NCBI GenBank assembly: GCA_027036355.1
Contig: JALVQZ010000250.1
Span: 3,596 to 67,595, forward strand
Length of the DNA: 64,000 nucleotides
Direction: 5' to 3'
Source of the DNA: Acidimicrobiia bacterium
Lineage (GTDB): Bacteria; Actinomycetota; Acidimicrobiia; Spongiisociales; UBA5794
The position numbers were made by a program, and so were the translations under genes. Under the pieces are notes generated by a model. That model was given only the letters and a program-made list of their open reading frames with translations, had not been told where the DNA came from and ran no database searches. The stretch's first letter is position 1; each line of letters begins with the position of its first letter. Below are positions 19,449-29,042 of this stretch, in pieces.

Positions 19449-21410
19449 ATGAAGCGACGACGCAAGCAACTCGAACGGATCGCGGTGCGGGTCGCCGACT
19501 GGTACAACCCGCTCTTGGGCGGTGCCTCCGGACCGCTGAGCGCCCGCGCCACCTTCGCCTCCCTGGCCCCGTCGCTCATGCCCCGCGCCACCGTCCACCA
19601 AGGCATCGCCAGCGGCATGTCCGTCCTCGCCGCCGAAGCCGTCGGCGAGACGGTCGATGGCCTCGTTCGGACCGTCGTGCCCGCATCCGCACCGTTCCCG
19701 CTCCGGCTCGCCGTCCGAGCCGCGGTGCTCGCCGGGGGCGTGGCCGTCAGCCGCATCCCCGAGACCGACGACGAACCCACCCCGAAGGCGGCATTGCGCA
19801 GCGCAGGCGACCTCGCCGCGGCCGGAGCGATCGGCGGGATCATCAGCGAGTCGGTGATGGAACTCAGACGGAGGTATCCCGCCGGCTCCCCGATCCGTCC
19901 GATGATCACCGGACTGGGGATGTTCGCCGGAGCGCTCTACTACGCCAACCGGCTCCTCGCCCAGCGTCAGGCCGTCGTCAAGCGATGGACCGAGGACGAT
20001 GCCCGAGCGACGATGCCGGGGTCGTTCGCCGTCGGCGCCGGCGTCGCCTGGACCGGCCGGGGACTGGCCAAGGCCTTCACCGCGTCGCGACGCGGCCTGG
20101 CGTCGTACTTCGGCAACGGCGACCCCATCAAGGCCACCTTCGGGCGGGCCCTCAACTCCGCGCTGTGGGCAGCCGGAGGCGCCGCCGCGTACACCGCCGG
20201 CGTCGGCTACATCGCGCGGAGCAACGAGGTCGTCGAGCCGGCCTATTCGACCCTGCCGACCAACCCGCACGTGTCGGGCGGTCCGTCCAGCATCTCGCCC
20301 TTCGAAGAACTCGGGTTGCAAGGACGCCGGTTCGTCAGCGACGTCATCACCCCCGACGAGATCGAGGCCACGCTCGGTGAGCCGGCCGTCGCTCACCCGA
20401 TCCGGGCCTACGTCGGGGTCAACAGCGAACCGCTCTATCCGTCGGGTCGCTCCGAAATGATGCTCCAGGAGCTCGACGCCCTCGGCGCATGGGACCGCAG
20501 CTTCCTGCTGTTGATCTCGCCGACCGGGACCGGATGGGTCGATCAGACGATGATCGAGGCCGCCGAGATCCTCGCCAGGGGCGACATCGCCAGCGCCTGT
20601 GTGCAGTACGGCCGAGGACCGTCGTTCCTCGAGGTGCAGAAGGTGGCCCTCGGTCGAGCCCAGTTCCGCGGTCTGCTGTGGGGTGTCAGACAGCGGCTGC
20701 TGGGGATGCCCGAAGAGGATCGTCCCACCGTGCTCGTCTTCGGCGAGAGCCTCGGGGCATGGTCGTCGTCCGACGTCGTCATGCATCAGGGCATCGCAGG
20801 GTTCGACCACTACGGCATCGACCGGGCCCTCTGGTTCGGTCTCCCGGGGTTCGCGAAGTGGTCCAAGACCGGCATGCGACAGGGGGCATCCGAACTGGTG
20901 CCGCCCGGGACGGTCGCCGCGTTCGATCACTACGAGCAGTTCACCCAGCTCTCCGCCGACGACCAGGACCGCCTGCGAGCGATCGTCGTCGATCACGACA
21001 ACGACCCCATCGCCCAGATCTCGCTGCGGTGGGCGGTCAAGCAGCCGCCGTGGCTCCGCGACGGCGAACGAGGCAGGAACGTCCCCGAAGGCATGGATTG
21101 GGTCCCGCTGATCACGTTCGTGCAGCTCGGCGTCGACGCGATGAACGCCATGAAGAGCATCCCGGGCGACTTCAAGTCCTTCGGTCACGACTACCGCGCC
21201 GACACCCCCGAGTTCGTGCGCGCCGCGTTCCGGCTCCCCGCCGTCACCCCCGAACAGATGGCCGCCGTCTTCGAGACGTTGCGGCGTATCGAACTGGAAC
21301 GTGCCGATCGGATCGCCGAGTCGAAGAAGATCCTCAAGGAACGGCGGGAGGCCACGGCACGCACGCGGCGTCGCCTGCCGTGGCAGAGCCGACCCACCGC
21401 GATCCAGTAG
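19449..21410 (+). CDS. Membrane-anchored alpha/beta-hydrolase family protein (Abhydrolase_9-like, N-terminal TM region)
   Basis: 653 aa. An N-terminal multi-TM region is followed by an alpha/beta hydrolase domain (LVFGESLGAWSS nucleophile elbow GESLG). Confidence 0.65.
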   Translation: MKRRRKQLERIAVRVADWYNPLLGGASGPLSARATFASLAPSLMPRATVHQGIASGMSVLAAEAVGETVDGLVRTVVPASAPFPLRLAVRAAVLAGGVAVSRIPETDDEPTPKAALRSAGDLAAAGAIGGIISESVMELRRRYPAGSPIRPMITGLGMFAGALYYANRLLAQRQAVVKRWTEDDARATMPGSFAVGAGVAWTGRGLAKAFTASRRGLASYFGNGDPIKATFGRALNSALWAAGGAAAYTAGVGYIARSNEVVEPAYSTLPTNPHVSGGPSSISPFEELGLQGRRFVSDVITPDEIEATLGEPAVAHPIRAYVGVNSEPLYPSGRSEMMLQELDALGAWDRSFLLLISPTGTGWVDQTMIEAAEILARGDIASACVQYGRGPSFLEVQKVALGRAQFRGLLWGVRQRLLGMPEEDRPTVLVFGESLGAWSSSDVVMHQGIAGFDHYGIDRALWFGLPGFAKWSKTGMRQGASELVPPGTVAAFDHYEQFTQLSADDQDRLRAIVVDHDNDPIAQISLRWAVKQPPWLRDGERGRNVPEGMDWVPLITFVQLGVDAMNAMKSIPGDFKSFGHDYRADTPEFVRAAFRLPAVTPEQMAAVFETLRRIELERADRIAESKKILKERREATARTRRRLPWQSRPTAIQ

Positions 21411-21474
21411 GCCCCGTCGGACTTCGGGCCGTTCGGCCCTGCGCCCGGTGGGGCCGGCGCGCCATCATCGATCC

Positions 21475-22044
21475 ATGCACACGATCCTGCGGCCGTCCCG
21501 CTGGCACGGGAACCAGGCGGTCGCCGACGCCATCCGCGAGATCGTCTTCGGCGCCGAGGACGGAACGGTTCAGAACATGGCGCTCATCGCGGGGATGGTC
21601 GGAGCCGGGCTGTCGAACCATGTGATCGTCATCGCCGGGCTCGTCAACGCCATCGCCGGGGTGCTGTCGATGTCGATGGGGACCTACCTGTCGTCCAAGG
21701 CCGAACGCGACGCCCGACTGGCGACCGCCGACGGTCCCACCGTCGACCCCCGAACGTTCTCGCCAGGTCGCGACGCCGTCGTGATGGCCGCCGCCTACGC
21801 CGTCGGGGCGCTCATCCCGATCACCCCGTTCGCCGTGGGGTTCGTCGACCCGCATCGGGCCATGCAGGTCGCCGTCGTCGCCACGGGGCTGGCGTTGTTC
21901 GCCATCGGCGCGGGCAAGGCGATCGTCAGCGGCCAAAGGATCGTCCCGTCGGGTCTCGAGATGCTCCTCCTGGCCGCCGGGGCAGGTTTCGCCGGGTACC
22001 TGCTGGGCGTCGTCGCCGGCGCCGTCTTCGGGATCGAGGCCTGA
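21475..22044 (+). CDS. VIT1/CCC1-family (iron/manganese transporter-like) membrane protein
   Basis: 189 aa. IVFGAEDGTVQNMALIAGMVGAG... followed by glycine-rich TM helices typical of the VIT family. Confidence 0.65.
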   Translation: MHTILRPSRWHGNQAVADAIREIVFGAEDGTVQNMALIAGMVGAGLSNHVIVIAGLVNAIAGVLSMSMGTYLSSKAERDARLATADGPTVDPRTFSPGRDAVVMAAAYAVGALIPITPFAVGFVDPHRAMQVAVVATGLALFAIGAGKAIVSGQRIVPSGLEMLLLAAGAGFAGYLLGVVAGAVFGIEA

Positions 22045-22099
22045 GGTCGACCACCGGGAGAGTCGGGCACGCGGTCGACGCGGAACGACCGCCGGTGGC

Positions 22100-22528
22100 T
22101 CACTGCTCCCGGATCTCGACGGTGACCGGTCGCGGCCCCGCCTTCGCGAACTCCAGCGTGAGGTCGACGACCGTGCCGGGAGCGATCTCGGTGGTCTTGT
22201 CGATGCACATCACATGCATCCCGCCGGGGGCGAGCTCGACGGTTCCGCCGGCAGGGATGTCGATCTGGTCGAGACGCTGCATCTTCATCGTTTGGTTCTC
22301 CATGATCGTCGTGTGGAGCTCGACCGCGCCGCAGGCATCGGTGGAGGCCGCCACGAGCGCATCGTCTTCGGCGCCGCCGACGATCGTCATGTAGAACGCG
22401 GCGTTGGTGGCGACCCGAGGCGATGGCCTGCCCCAAGCATCGCGGATCTCGACCGATCCACTCGGGGCCGAGCATGCCGCGAGGACCACGGCGAGTGAAA
22501 CGAGGGTGATCGACAGTGTTCGACGCAT
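22100..22528 (-). CDS. Copper chaperone PCu(A)C (DUF461) lipoprotein
   Basis: Signal peptide and Cys (LAACS), then an H/M-rich copper-binding motif (HTTIMENQTMKMQRLDQ...GGMHVMCID). Confidence 0.7.
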   Translation of the reverse strand: MRRTLSITLVSLAVVLAACSAPSGSVEIRDAWGRPSPRVATNAAFYMTIVGGAEDDALVAASTDACGAVELHTTIMENQTMKMQRLDQIDIPAGGTVELAPGGMHVMCIDKTTEIAPGTVVDLTLEFAKAGPRPVTVEIREQ

Positions 22529-23187
22529 CAGTGCTCCAGTAGGTACTCGATGTCGGCGGCGATCTCCTCGGAGGTGCCCTCGAACGGCAAGACGACCTTC
22601 AGGTAGCCCTCCCGATCCACGAGCATCAACGTGGCCGTGTGGTTCACCAGGTAGCCGGTGGCCGCCGATCCTTGCTCTGTCTCGTAGTAGACGCCATAGA
22701 CGGTCGCGACACGGTCGATCACGTCAGGAGGGCCGGTCACGCCGATGAACCGGGGATCGAAGTGGCGAACGTACTCGCTGACCTTCTCGGGCGTGTCACG
22801 CTCGGGATCGACCGACACCATCACCACGTTCACCTCGTCCGCTCGCTCGCCGAGCTGGTCCATCGCCCGGGCGAGCTTGGCCAGGGTCGTCGGGCAGACG
22901 TCGGGACAGAAGGTGTAGCCGAAGTACAGGACGACGACCTCGCCTTCGAAGTCCGACAGCGACACCGGTCCGTCCCCGGACTCGAGGCTGACCCGCGGGG
23001 CCTTCTCGCTGGACTGGATCACGCTCCCGTGGAACACGTAGGGTCGGAATCTGGGCATGATCACCTTGACGGCCAGGCCCGCCACCGCGGCGATCACCGC
23101 CAGGGTGATGCCGATGCTCAGGAGGCGTCGCGGCCTCGACCTTCTGTTGTCTCGAGTGGGTTGCTCGGTCACGGTCTCGGTATGCAT
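22528..23187 (-). CDS. SCO1/SenC-family copper chaperone (thioredoxin-like, CPDVCP)
   Basis: 219 aa from ATG 23187 (RBS gaggaagg). Motifs LYFGYTFCPDVCPTTL and a conserved His. The stop overlaps the PCuAC start (ATGA). Confidence 0.8.
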   Translation of the reverse strand: MHTETVTEQPTRDNRRSRPRRLLSIGITLAVIAAVAGLAVKVIMPRFRPYVFHGSVIQSSEKAPRVSLESGDGPVSLSDFEGEVVVLYFGYTFCPDVCPTTLAKLARAMDQLGERADEVNVVMVSVDPERDTPEKVSEYVRHFDPRFIGVTGPPDVIDRVATVYGVYYETEQGSAATGYLVNHTATLMLVDREGYLKVVLPFEGTSEEIAADIEYLLEH

Positions 23188-23197
23188 CGGTCCTTCC

Positions 23198-23869
23198 TCA
23201 GGGGTAGCAGAGGAACAGGTGGGCGGCCTCGTAGGCGACGGCTGCGGCGCCATGCGCATTGCGGATCTCGTCGGCGAGGACGTCGAGGTGCCGTACGATC
23301 CGGTCGGCATCCGACGTCTGGGTTTGGTAGCGATACTCGCCCCGAACCACGCCCCATCCATCGACCAGGACGAGGGCCGGGTCGAAGGAGAAGGTGCCAT
23401 CGTCCTGCTTCTCGAACCACGTCTTGAACCCGGCTCTCACGACATTGTCGACGTGCCCGGGTCGAGCAGTCGCCAGTACCCAGCGGTCGCCATCGGCGCC
23501 GATCGTTCTCGCGTAGGACCGGAGCCGCTCGGGGGTGTCGGTGTCGGGGTCGAACGAGATCGTCACGAAACGGATCTCGGTGTCGGGACCCATCTCGATC
23601 TCGTCGAGCCGGTCGATGATCTCTCGGACCGTCGCATTGAGACGATCACACGCAGATCCGCATTGCGAGTAGCCGAAGGTGTAGACCGTGACGCTCCCGC
23701 GAAGATCCTCCGAGGTGAGGGAGTCGCCGTTCTGGTCGACCAGGGAGAACCCGGGAGCGAGGCGGATCCTCGGCAGCACCTGGATGGGCTCGAACACCAC
23801 GAACGCGAGGGTCGCGAGGAGGATCGCGGCGACGGGGATCACGGTACCGAGGATCGCTTTCCTGTTCAT
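23198..23869 (-). CDS. Second SCO-family protein (CxxxC = CGSAC)
   Basis: Start at ATG 23869 (MNRKAILGTVIPVAAILLATLAFVV TM anchor). Motif YTFGYSQCGSACDRL. Confidence 0.7.
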   Translation of the reverse strand: MNRKAILGTVIPVAAILLATLAFVVFEPIQVLPRIRLAPGFSLVDQNGDSLTSEDLRGSVTVYTFGYSQCGSACDRLNATVREIIDRLDEIEMGPDTEIRFVTISFDPDTDTPERLRSYARTIGADGDRWVLATARPGHVDNVVRAGFKTWFEKQDDGTFSFDPALVLVDGWGVVRGEYRYQTQTSDADRIVRHLDVLADEIRNAHGAAAVAYEAAHLFLCYP

Positions 23870-23925
23870 AGGGCGGACCTGCCGATCGGAGATCTCGTGG
23901 GCTCGGGGCACGGTATCCTCGCGTC

Positions 23926-24381
23926 ATGATGCCTTGGCGGTCGCGTTCCCCTAGGGCCAATGGTCCTCATCGTCGCCGGAGTCCGCTGGTGGGTCTGCTC
24001 GCGGTCGTTGCGCTGGTCGTCGCTGCATGCGCCGCTCTGCCTCCGCAGCGCACCGATACCGGCGGCGCGCTCGCCGAGTCGTACCTCCTCAACGGCGTGG
24101 GACCCGGCGGCGTCGAGTACTCGGGCATCCTCGAGGTTTCTGCGACCGACTCGCCGTCGCGCTTCGATCTGCAGTGGATCGTCACCGGGGCGGTGCTCGA
24201 AGGCTCCGGAGTCCTCGAGGGCGACCAACTCGAGGCGGAGTGGTACACCGTCGAGGACCCGACGGAAGGCCCCCGCGGCGTGGTCGTCTACACGGTCATG
24301 CCCGACGGTGAGCTGCAAGGAGCCCGCACCGTCGCCGGATCCGATGGGGTGTTCACCGAGACGGCGGTTCCGGTCAAGTGA
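23926..24381 (+). CDS. Putative lipoprotein (hypothetical)
   Basis: LLAVVALVVAAC lipobox-like signal. 151 aa. No family assigned. Confidence 0.45.
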   Translation: MMPWRSRSPRANGPHRRRSPLVGLLAVVALVVAACAALPPQRTDTGGALAESYLLNGVGPGGVEYSGILEVSATDSPSRFDLQWIVTGAVLEGSGVLEGDQLEAEWYTVEDPTEGPRGVVVYTVMPDGELQGARTVAGSDGVFTETAVPVK

Positions 24382-24404
24382 CGTGATCATCATCGACGGG
24401 CCGG

Positions 24405-26777
24405 TCATTCGAGGGTGAGGAGGAAGGCGACGAGATCGTCGATCTCCTGATCGGTGAGCAGTTCATCGAAGTTCTTCAACATCGCGTCGGGGAAGCCTTC
24501 CACGACGTAGGCGCTCGGATCGACGATCGACTGGCGCAGGTACTCCTTCGCCGACATCCCCGGTACGCGGTCCGCTGCTCGGGTCGCGACCCCGTCGAGG
24601 GACGGACCGACGACCACCTTCCCGGGCACGAGCGAGTGGCACACCCGGCAGCCCGAATTGTGGCCGAGGGTCGTCTCGAAGAACAGCGACTTGCCGACAT
24701 CGGCCCGGGAGCCGGTCCGGCTGTCGCTGTACGACAGTGCGAACACCTCGCCGCCGTCGAGTCCGACGGTGCCGTCGAACAGCAGCCACGGCCGGGTCTG
24801 CTCCTGGCGGTCGAACAGCTCCACTCGGACCGTGTGCTGACCGGGGGTCAGCTCGATCTGCTCGTACGCCAGTGAATGGGGGGCACCGTCGACCTCGGCG
24901 GGAGGGTAGGTCTCGTCCAGCACCACGGCGCCGTCGGCTTGAACGATCAAGCGGCTCGCCGTGCCCGCGGCGAGGTCGACCGGGAACCCGAAGCCCTCGA
25001 TGGGAGCCCCGCCCCGATGGTCCAAGGCGACCGTGACGAACGCTGCGTCCGTTGGTCGGGCGGTGAACGGCAACTGCGACGCGACGATCGACAGCACGGT
25101 GGCCAGGGCGACGAGCATCGCCACTCGGGCGAGTCTCGAAGGAGCCGGCCGGTCACATGGATCGGCGACGGGTTGAGATCCCGGATGGTCGAGCGAGAAC
25201 GTGAACTCGGTCGGTGCGACCCAGTCCGAGAACACCCGACCGAGGTATGGCTTCTTCAGCCGCGGGACCCGGGTGCGGTCGATGCGGGCTTGCATCCACG
25301 TGTTGCCCTCGCGGTTGGCGCAGTCCGCCGGAGGGCAGCCGAGGACCTGGACGTCGCCGGCGCCGGCATCGAGGGCGGTGCCGATGAGATCCGGATGCAC
25401 CATCCCGAGGCACGTCACCGGGATGACGTGAACCGGATGATCCGCGTCTTCGACGGATTCGCCGATGAGCGTCCCGCCGGAGAACACTGCGTGCCGTTCG
25501 CAGGTGTACACGATCCGAGGGGAAGAGCCGGTTGCGGCGAGTCGGCGGGTCTCGTCCCATAGCTCTTCGGCGGGGACCGGACCCAAGGTGAGCGCCTCGA
25601 CCGGGCAGCTCCCGATGCAGATCCCGCAAGAGACGCATCGATCATCGACGAGCGCAGCGAGTTGGCGATGGGGGCCGTTGTCGGTCGGGATCATCTCGAG
25701 GGCGCCGTAGGGACAGTCGGCTACGCACAGGGTGCACCCGGTGCACCGCTCGGGGTCGACGACGATCGGCTCGAGCGGGGGACGCCGCAGTGCCCACGGA
25801 AGCGCCGTCAACAGTCCCGCGACGACGACGAAGCCACCCCACACGAGCCCCGGTGGGAGACCCAGCCCGGGGGGCAGCAGGAACAGGTAGAACGGATCGA
25901 GCGGGATGGTGCCTGCGACGTGGCCCGGGTCGACCGGCGGCAGGATCCCGACCGGCCACAGGAGGGCCACCACGACGATCGCCCCTCCGATCGTCATCAT
26001 CCAGTACCTCGGGGGGAACACGAGCGGTCGGTTCAGCCTCTTCAGGTGGTAGTACAACAAGACGCCCACGCCGATCGATACGCCGGCATGGATGAAGAAC
26101 AACAGCAGGATGAACGGCCATCCCGTCTTGGCGACCGGGGTCAGCACGTTGTCGAGCAGGAAGTCGAGGCCGGCGGCGGAGCCGCCGATCGTGCGGGTCA
26201 GCAGGTCGTTGAGGGCTTGGGATCGACGGTCCCAGAGCAGCCAATAGCCGGTGACGCCGATCACCCAGACGAACACCATCATGACCACCCCGGTGGTCCA
26301 GGCCAGCCAGCGGGGCCCTCGGAAGCGGTCCTGGAACACCATGCGCCAGCCGTGGAGGAGGGAGGTGACGACCAGGGCCTGGGAGGCGTACCGGTGGACC
26401 GCCCGGATCACCCGTCCGACGAAGTTGGCTTCGAGACGGCTGATCGCGTCGTACGACGCAGAGAACCCGTACTGGAAGAAGAACGTGACGTAGATGCCGG
26501 TCGCCACCACGATCGCGAACAGGAACACCGAGATCGTTCCGGTGTGGTAGAGGGGATTGAGGCGGGGAGTGCCGACGGCCTTCCCGATCGGGCGCTCGAC
26601 TCGCAGTGTCGCCCGCTCCAGTCGGATCAGGGCCCTCCGCACCCGGTTGCTGGTGCGGAGGGCCCAATCGACCGACGGGCCGACGAGCTCGCGCGGACGC
26701 TTCCGATCCAACCTACGGAGCGATCCGCGGCGACGTCGCCGACATCCCGAAGATCTGGTCGATGAGCTGCGGTCCAT
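24405..26777 (-). CDS. Multidomain redox protein: cytochrome b (N-terminal di-heme membrane domain) + 2x[4Fe-4S] ferredoxin + MvhD/FlpD-like domain + TM + C-terminal mono-heme cytochrome c (CRVCH)
   Basis: 790 aa. The domain order read from the translation is: cytochrome-b-like TM helices with conserved His (HRYASQALVVTSLLHGW...); CTGCTLCVADCPY...CVSCGICIGSCP; IVYTCERHAVF...VIPVTCLGMVHPDL...VLGCPPADC (FlpD/MvhD-like); a hydrophobic helix; and a C-terminal CxxCH heme-c site. It is first (5'-proximal) in the same strand run as the ba3 oxidase genes. Confidence 0.65.
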   Translation of the reverse strand: MDRSSSTRSSGCRRRRRGSLRRLDRKRPRELVGPSVDWALRTSNRVRRALIRLERATLRVERPIGKAVGTPRLNPLYHTGTISVFLFAIVVATGIYVTFFFQYGFSASYDAISRLEANFVGRVIRAVHRYASQALVVTSLLHGWRMVFQDRFRGPRWLAWTTGVVMMVFVWVIGVTGYWLLWDRRSQALNDLLTRTIGGSAAGLDFLLDNVLTPVAKTGWPFILLLFFIHAGVSIGVGVLLYYHLKRLNRPLVFPPRYWMMTIGGAIVVVALLWPVGILPPVDPGHVAGTIPLDPFYLFLLPPGLGLPPGLVWGGFVVVAGLLTALPWALRRPPLEPIVVDPERCTGCTLCVADCPYGALEMIPTDNGPHRQLAALVDDRCVSCGICIGSCPVEALTLGPVPAEELWDETRRLAATGSSPRIVYTCERHAVFSGGTLIGESVEDADHPVHVIPVTCLGMVHPDLIGTALDAGAGDVQVLGCPPADCANREGNTWMQARIDRTRVPRLKKPYLGRVFSDWVAPTEFTFSLDHPGSQPVADPCDRPAPSRLARVAMLVALATVLSIVASQLPFTARPTDAAFVTVALDHRGGAPIEGFGFPVDLAAGTASRLIVQADGAVVLDETYPPAEVDGAPHSLAYEQIELTPGQHTVRVELFDRQEQTRPWLLFDGTVGLDGGEVFALSYSDSRTGSRADVGKSLFFETTLGHNSGCRVCHSLVPGKVVVGPSLDGVATRAADRVPGMSAKEYLRQSIVDPSAYVVEGFPDAMLKNFDELLTDQEIDDLVAFLLTLE

Positions 26778-28386
26778 AGGCCAGCAGGACCAGAACGGCG
26801 GTGCCGACCAGCCATGGCTTCCAGCTGTCGAGCCAGACCGGCGTTCGTTGCGGATCCTCGATCGACTCCGCGACGGGAACGTCCACGAACTCGCCTTCGG
26901 GGAGTTCCTTCTTGCGGAAGGCCGTCACGGCGACGACCACGATGGTCGCCATGATGCCGATCCACATCAGCGATCCGCCGAACCCGACGCGCCACAGGTA
27001 GCCGCTCCACTCCGCCGGCACGTAGGGCGCCAGACCCAACGTCGTGCGCCGGGGCGCTCCCAGCAGCCCCACGGTGTGCATCGCGTTCGAGAAGATCAGC
27101 ATCCCGACGAAGTACGTCCACACCCCGGCCAGGGCGACCTTCGGCTGCCACAGCGGCTTGTGGGTCAGATGGGGAACGAGCCAGAACGAGATGCCGATGA
27201 ACGAGAGCGTCACCGCCGAGGCCACGGTCAGGTGGAAGTGCCCGGGAACCCACGCCGTGTTGTGCAACACCAGGTTCACGTTGTAGGCGGCGTTGGCGAG
27301 GCCGCCGATGCCGCCGAACACGAACAAGATCCCGGCCAGCAACTGGGCGGTCACCGACGGGTTGCTCCAAGGAAGGGCCCTGATCCAACCGAACCGGCCC
27401 TTTCCACCGCGTTGCCTGGCTCCGTACTCGAGGCTGGCGATCACGGTGAAGAACGTCAGCAGCGACGGGAAGAAGACCGAGAAGGTCAAGATCGCGTGGA
27501 CGTACTTCCATCCTGCGGGAACGCCGGGATCGACGAACTGATGGTGGAACCCGAGGGGAACCGACAGGAGGAGGAACAGCCAGAACGCGAGCCTCGCCAG
27601 CGAGTCGCTGAACAGCTTGCCGTCGACCTGCTTGGGAAGCATGCCGTACCACGACACGTACGCAGGCAGCAGCCAGAAGTACACCAACGGATGGCCCGTG
27701 AACCAGAAGAAGGTCCGCGAGAGCTGCGGGTCGATACCGTCGGTCAGCCCCATCGACCAGGGCAGCAGCAGCCCGAGGATCTCGGCAGCGACGCCGAGCG
27801 TGGCGATCTGCCACATCACCATCGTGATGAGTGACGCGAAGGCGATGAACGGGGTGCGGGTCTTCGGGTTGTCCTTCCGCCACTGCCAGTAGGTCGCGTA
27901 GAACCCCCATCCTTCGATCCAGCTCCCGACGACCACCAGCGTCAGTCCCAGGTAGAACCACGTGCTGGCCTGCATCGGCGGGTAGAAGGTGAACAGCACG
28001 GTCGCCTTGTTGAGCAACAGCGGGACGGCGGCCATGAGCAGCCCGACCACCATCGTCCAGAACCCGAACTGGTTCAGCCCCGGGTACGCGAGACGGCGCT
28101 GGAACCCGCGGATGATCGCCACCGTGAGGAAGCCGGTGATGAAGAACGTCGTCCAGACGAGGGCGTTGAGCACTCCATGGAGGGTCAGCCCCTGGTAGTA
28201 CGACTGGATCCCGAACTTCTCGAGCGTCGGGTACAGGTCGAGGCCGGCGTGCTCGAGGGCCTGCAGCGGGCCGAAGAGGCTGCCGATGGTCAATGCCGCG
28301 AAGGCGAACACGAGATGGAGGCCGACGAACCGCCGTTCCTCTCGTGTCAGCGCATAGACAGGTGTCTTTGTCGTTGTTTCAGCCAC
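26713..28386 (-). CDS. Heme-copper oxidase subunit I (ba3-type cytochrome c oxidase)
   Basis: 557 aa. GTG start at 28386 (RBS aggaggg). Conserved His ligands and 12+ TM helices (…WFTGHPLVYFWLLP…HHQF…). Its start overlaps the last 64 nt of the upstream fusion gene. Confidence 0.9.
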   Translation of the reverse strand: MAETTTKTPVYALTREERRFVGLHLVFAFAALTIGSLFGPLQALEHAGLDLYPTLEKFGIQSYYQGLTLHGVLNALVWTTFFITGFLTVAIIRGFQRRLAYPGLNQFGFWTMVVGLLMAAVPLLLNKATVLFTFYPPMQASTWFYLGLTLVVVGSWIEGWGFYATYWQWRKDNPKTRTPFIAFASLITMVMWQIATLGVAAEILGLLLPWSMGLTDGIDPQLSRTFFWFTGHPLVYFWLLPAYVSWYGMLPKQVDGKLFSDSLARLAFWLFLLLSVPLGFHHQFVDPGVPAGWKYVHAILTFSVFFPSLLTFFTVIASLEYGARQRGGKGRFGWIRALPWSNPSVTAQLLAGILFVFGGIGGLANAAYNVNLVLHNTAWVPGHFHLTVASAVTLSFIGISFWLVPHLTHKPLWQPKVALAGVWTYFVGMLIFSNAMHTVGLLGAPRRTTLGLAPYVPAEWSGYLWRVGFGGSLMWIGIMATIVVVAVTAFRKKELPEGEFVDVPVAESIEDPQRTPVWLDSWKPWLVGTAVLVLLAYGPQLIDQIFGMSATSPRIAP

Positions 28387-28398
28387 GTTCCCTCCTGT

Positions 28399-28899
28399 CT
28401 ACGGTGCTTCCGTCACGGTCACGGCGCCTGCCATGACCGCATGGCCCAACCCGCAGTACTCGGTGCAGACGTACGGGTACACGCCGGGCTCGTCGAACGT
28501 CGTGCTCAGTTTCGACACCTGGCCGGGGATGGCCATGAAGTTGATGTTGGTGTCTTGGAGTTTGAAGCCGTGCTGGACGTCGGTCGAGGTGACGTAGAAC
28601 GTCACCTTCGCTCCGACCGGGACCTCGATCTCGTTCGGAGTGAACGAGAACCGATGGGCCAGGACGTACACCTCGTACTCCTCACCGGGAACGATCTCCC
28701 TGACGCCCGGTTCGGACCACGGTGGCTGCTCCGCGACCGTGTTCGGATCGACCCTGCGCTCCCTCGTCGGCACCTGGATCCCGAGCATGAACCCGGCGAC
28801 CGTCACCGCGGCGAAGAAGATCAGCAGCAGGATGACGGAGGCGATCATCCATCGTTTCTCCGTCGGATCGATGTGGATGTGTTCCGTCGTCGCGCTCAT
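28399..28899 (-). CDS. Cytochrome c oxidase subunit II, short ba3-type (CuA site CTEYCGLGHAVM)
   Basis: 166 aa from ATG 28899. Single N-terminal TM, cupredoxin fold, CuA ligands H...C..C...H.M. Confidence 0.8.
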   Translation of the reverse strand: MSATTEHIHIDPTEKRWMIASVILLLIFFAAVTVAGFMLGIQVPTRERRVDPNTVAEQPPWSEPGVREIVPGEEYEVYVLAHRFSFTPNEIEVPVGAKVTFYVTSTDVQHGFKLQDTNINFMAIPGQVSKLSTTFDEPGVYPYVCTEYCGLGHAVMAGAVTVTEAP

Positions 28900-29042
28900 A
28901 TCGTCGCTCCCCGCGTCACCAGGATCGCCCACACGGAGAACCACAGGATCAGCATGATGAGCACGAACACAACGGTGAGCGCAACCGTACCCGTCGGCTT
29001 GAAGCGCTCCACCTCGACGGACCCACCGTCTTGCGTGGCCAT
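28896..29042 (-). CDS. ba3-type oxidase subunit IIa (single-TM micro-protein)
   Basis: 48 aa. MATQDGGSVEVERFKPTGTVALTVVFVLIMLILWFSVWAILVTRGATI matches the length and pattern of Thermus CbaD-like subunit IIa. RBS aaggaggg. It overlaps the subunit II start. Confidence 0.5.
   Translation of the reverse strand: MATQDGGSVEVERFKPTGTVALTVVFVLIMLILWFSVWAILVTRGATI

Noticed and set aside
19332-21188. Upstream 619 codons of the 750-aa ORF 18936..21188
   Set aside because: This part is antisense to the alpha/beta hydrolase gene at 19449..21410 and compositionally non-protein-like. Only the 3' 131 codons (the K+ channel) are credible.
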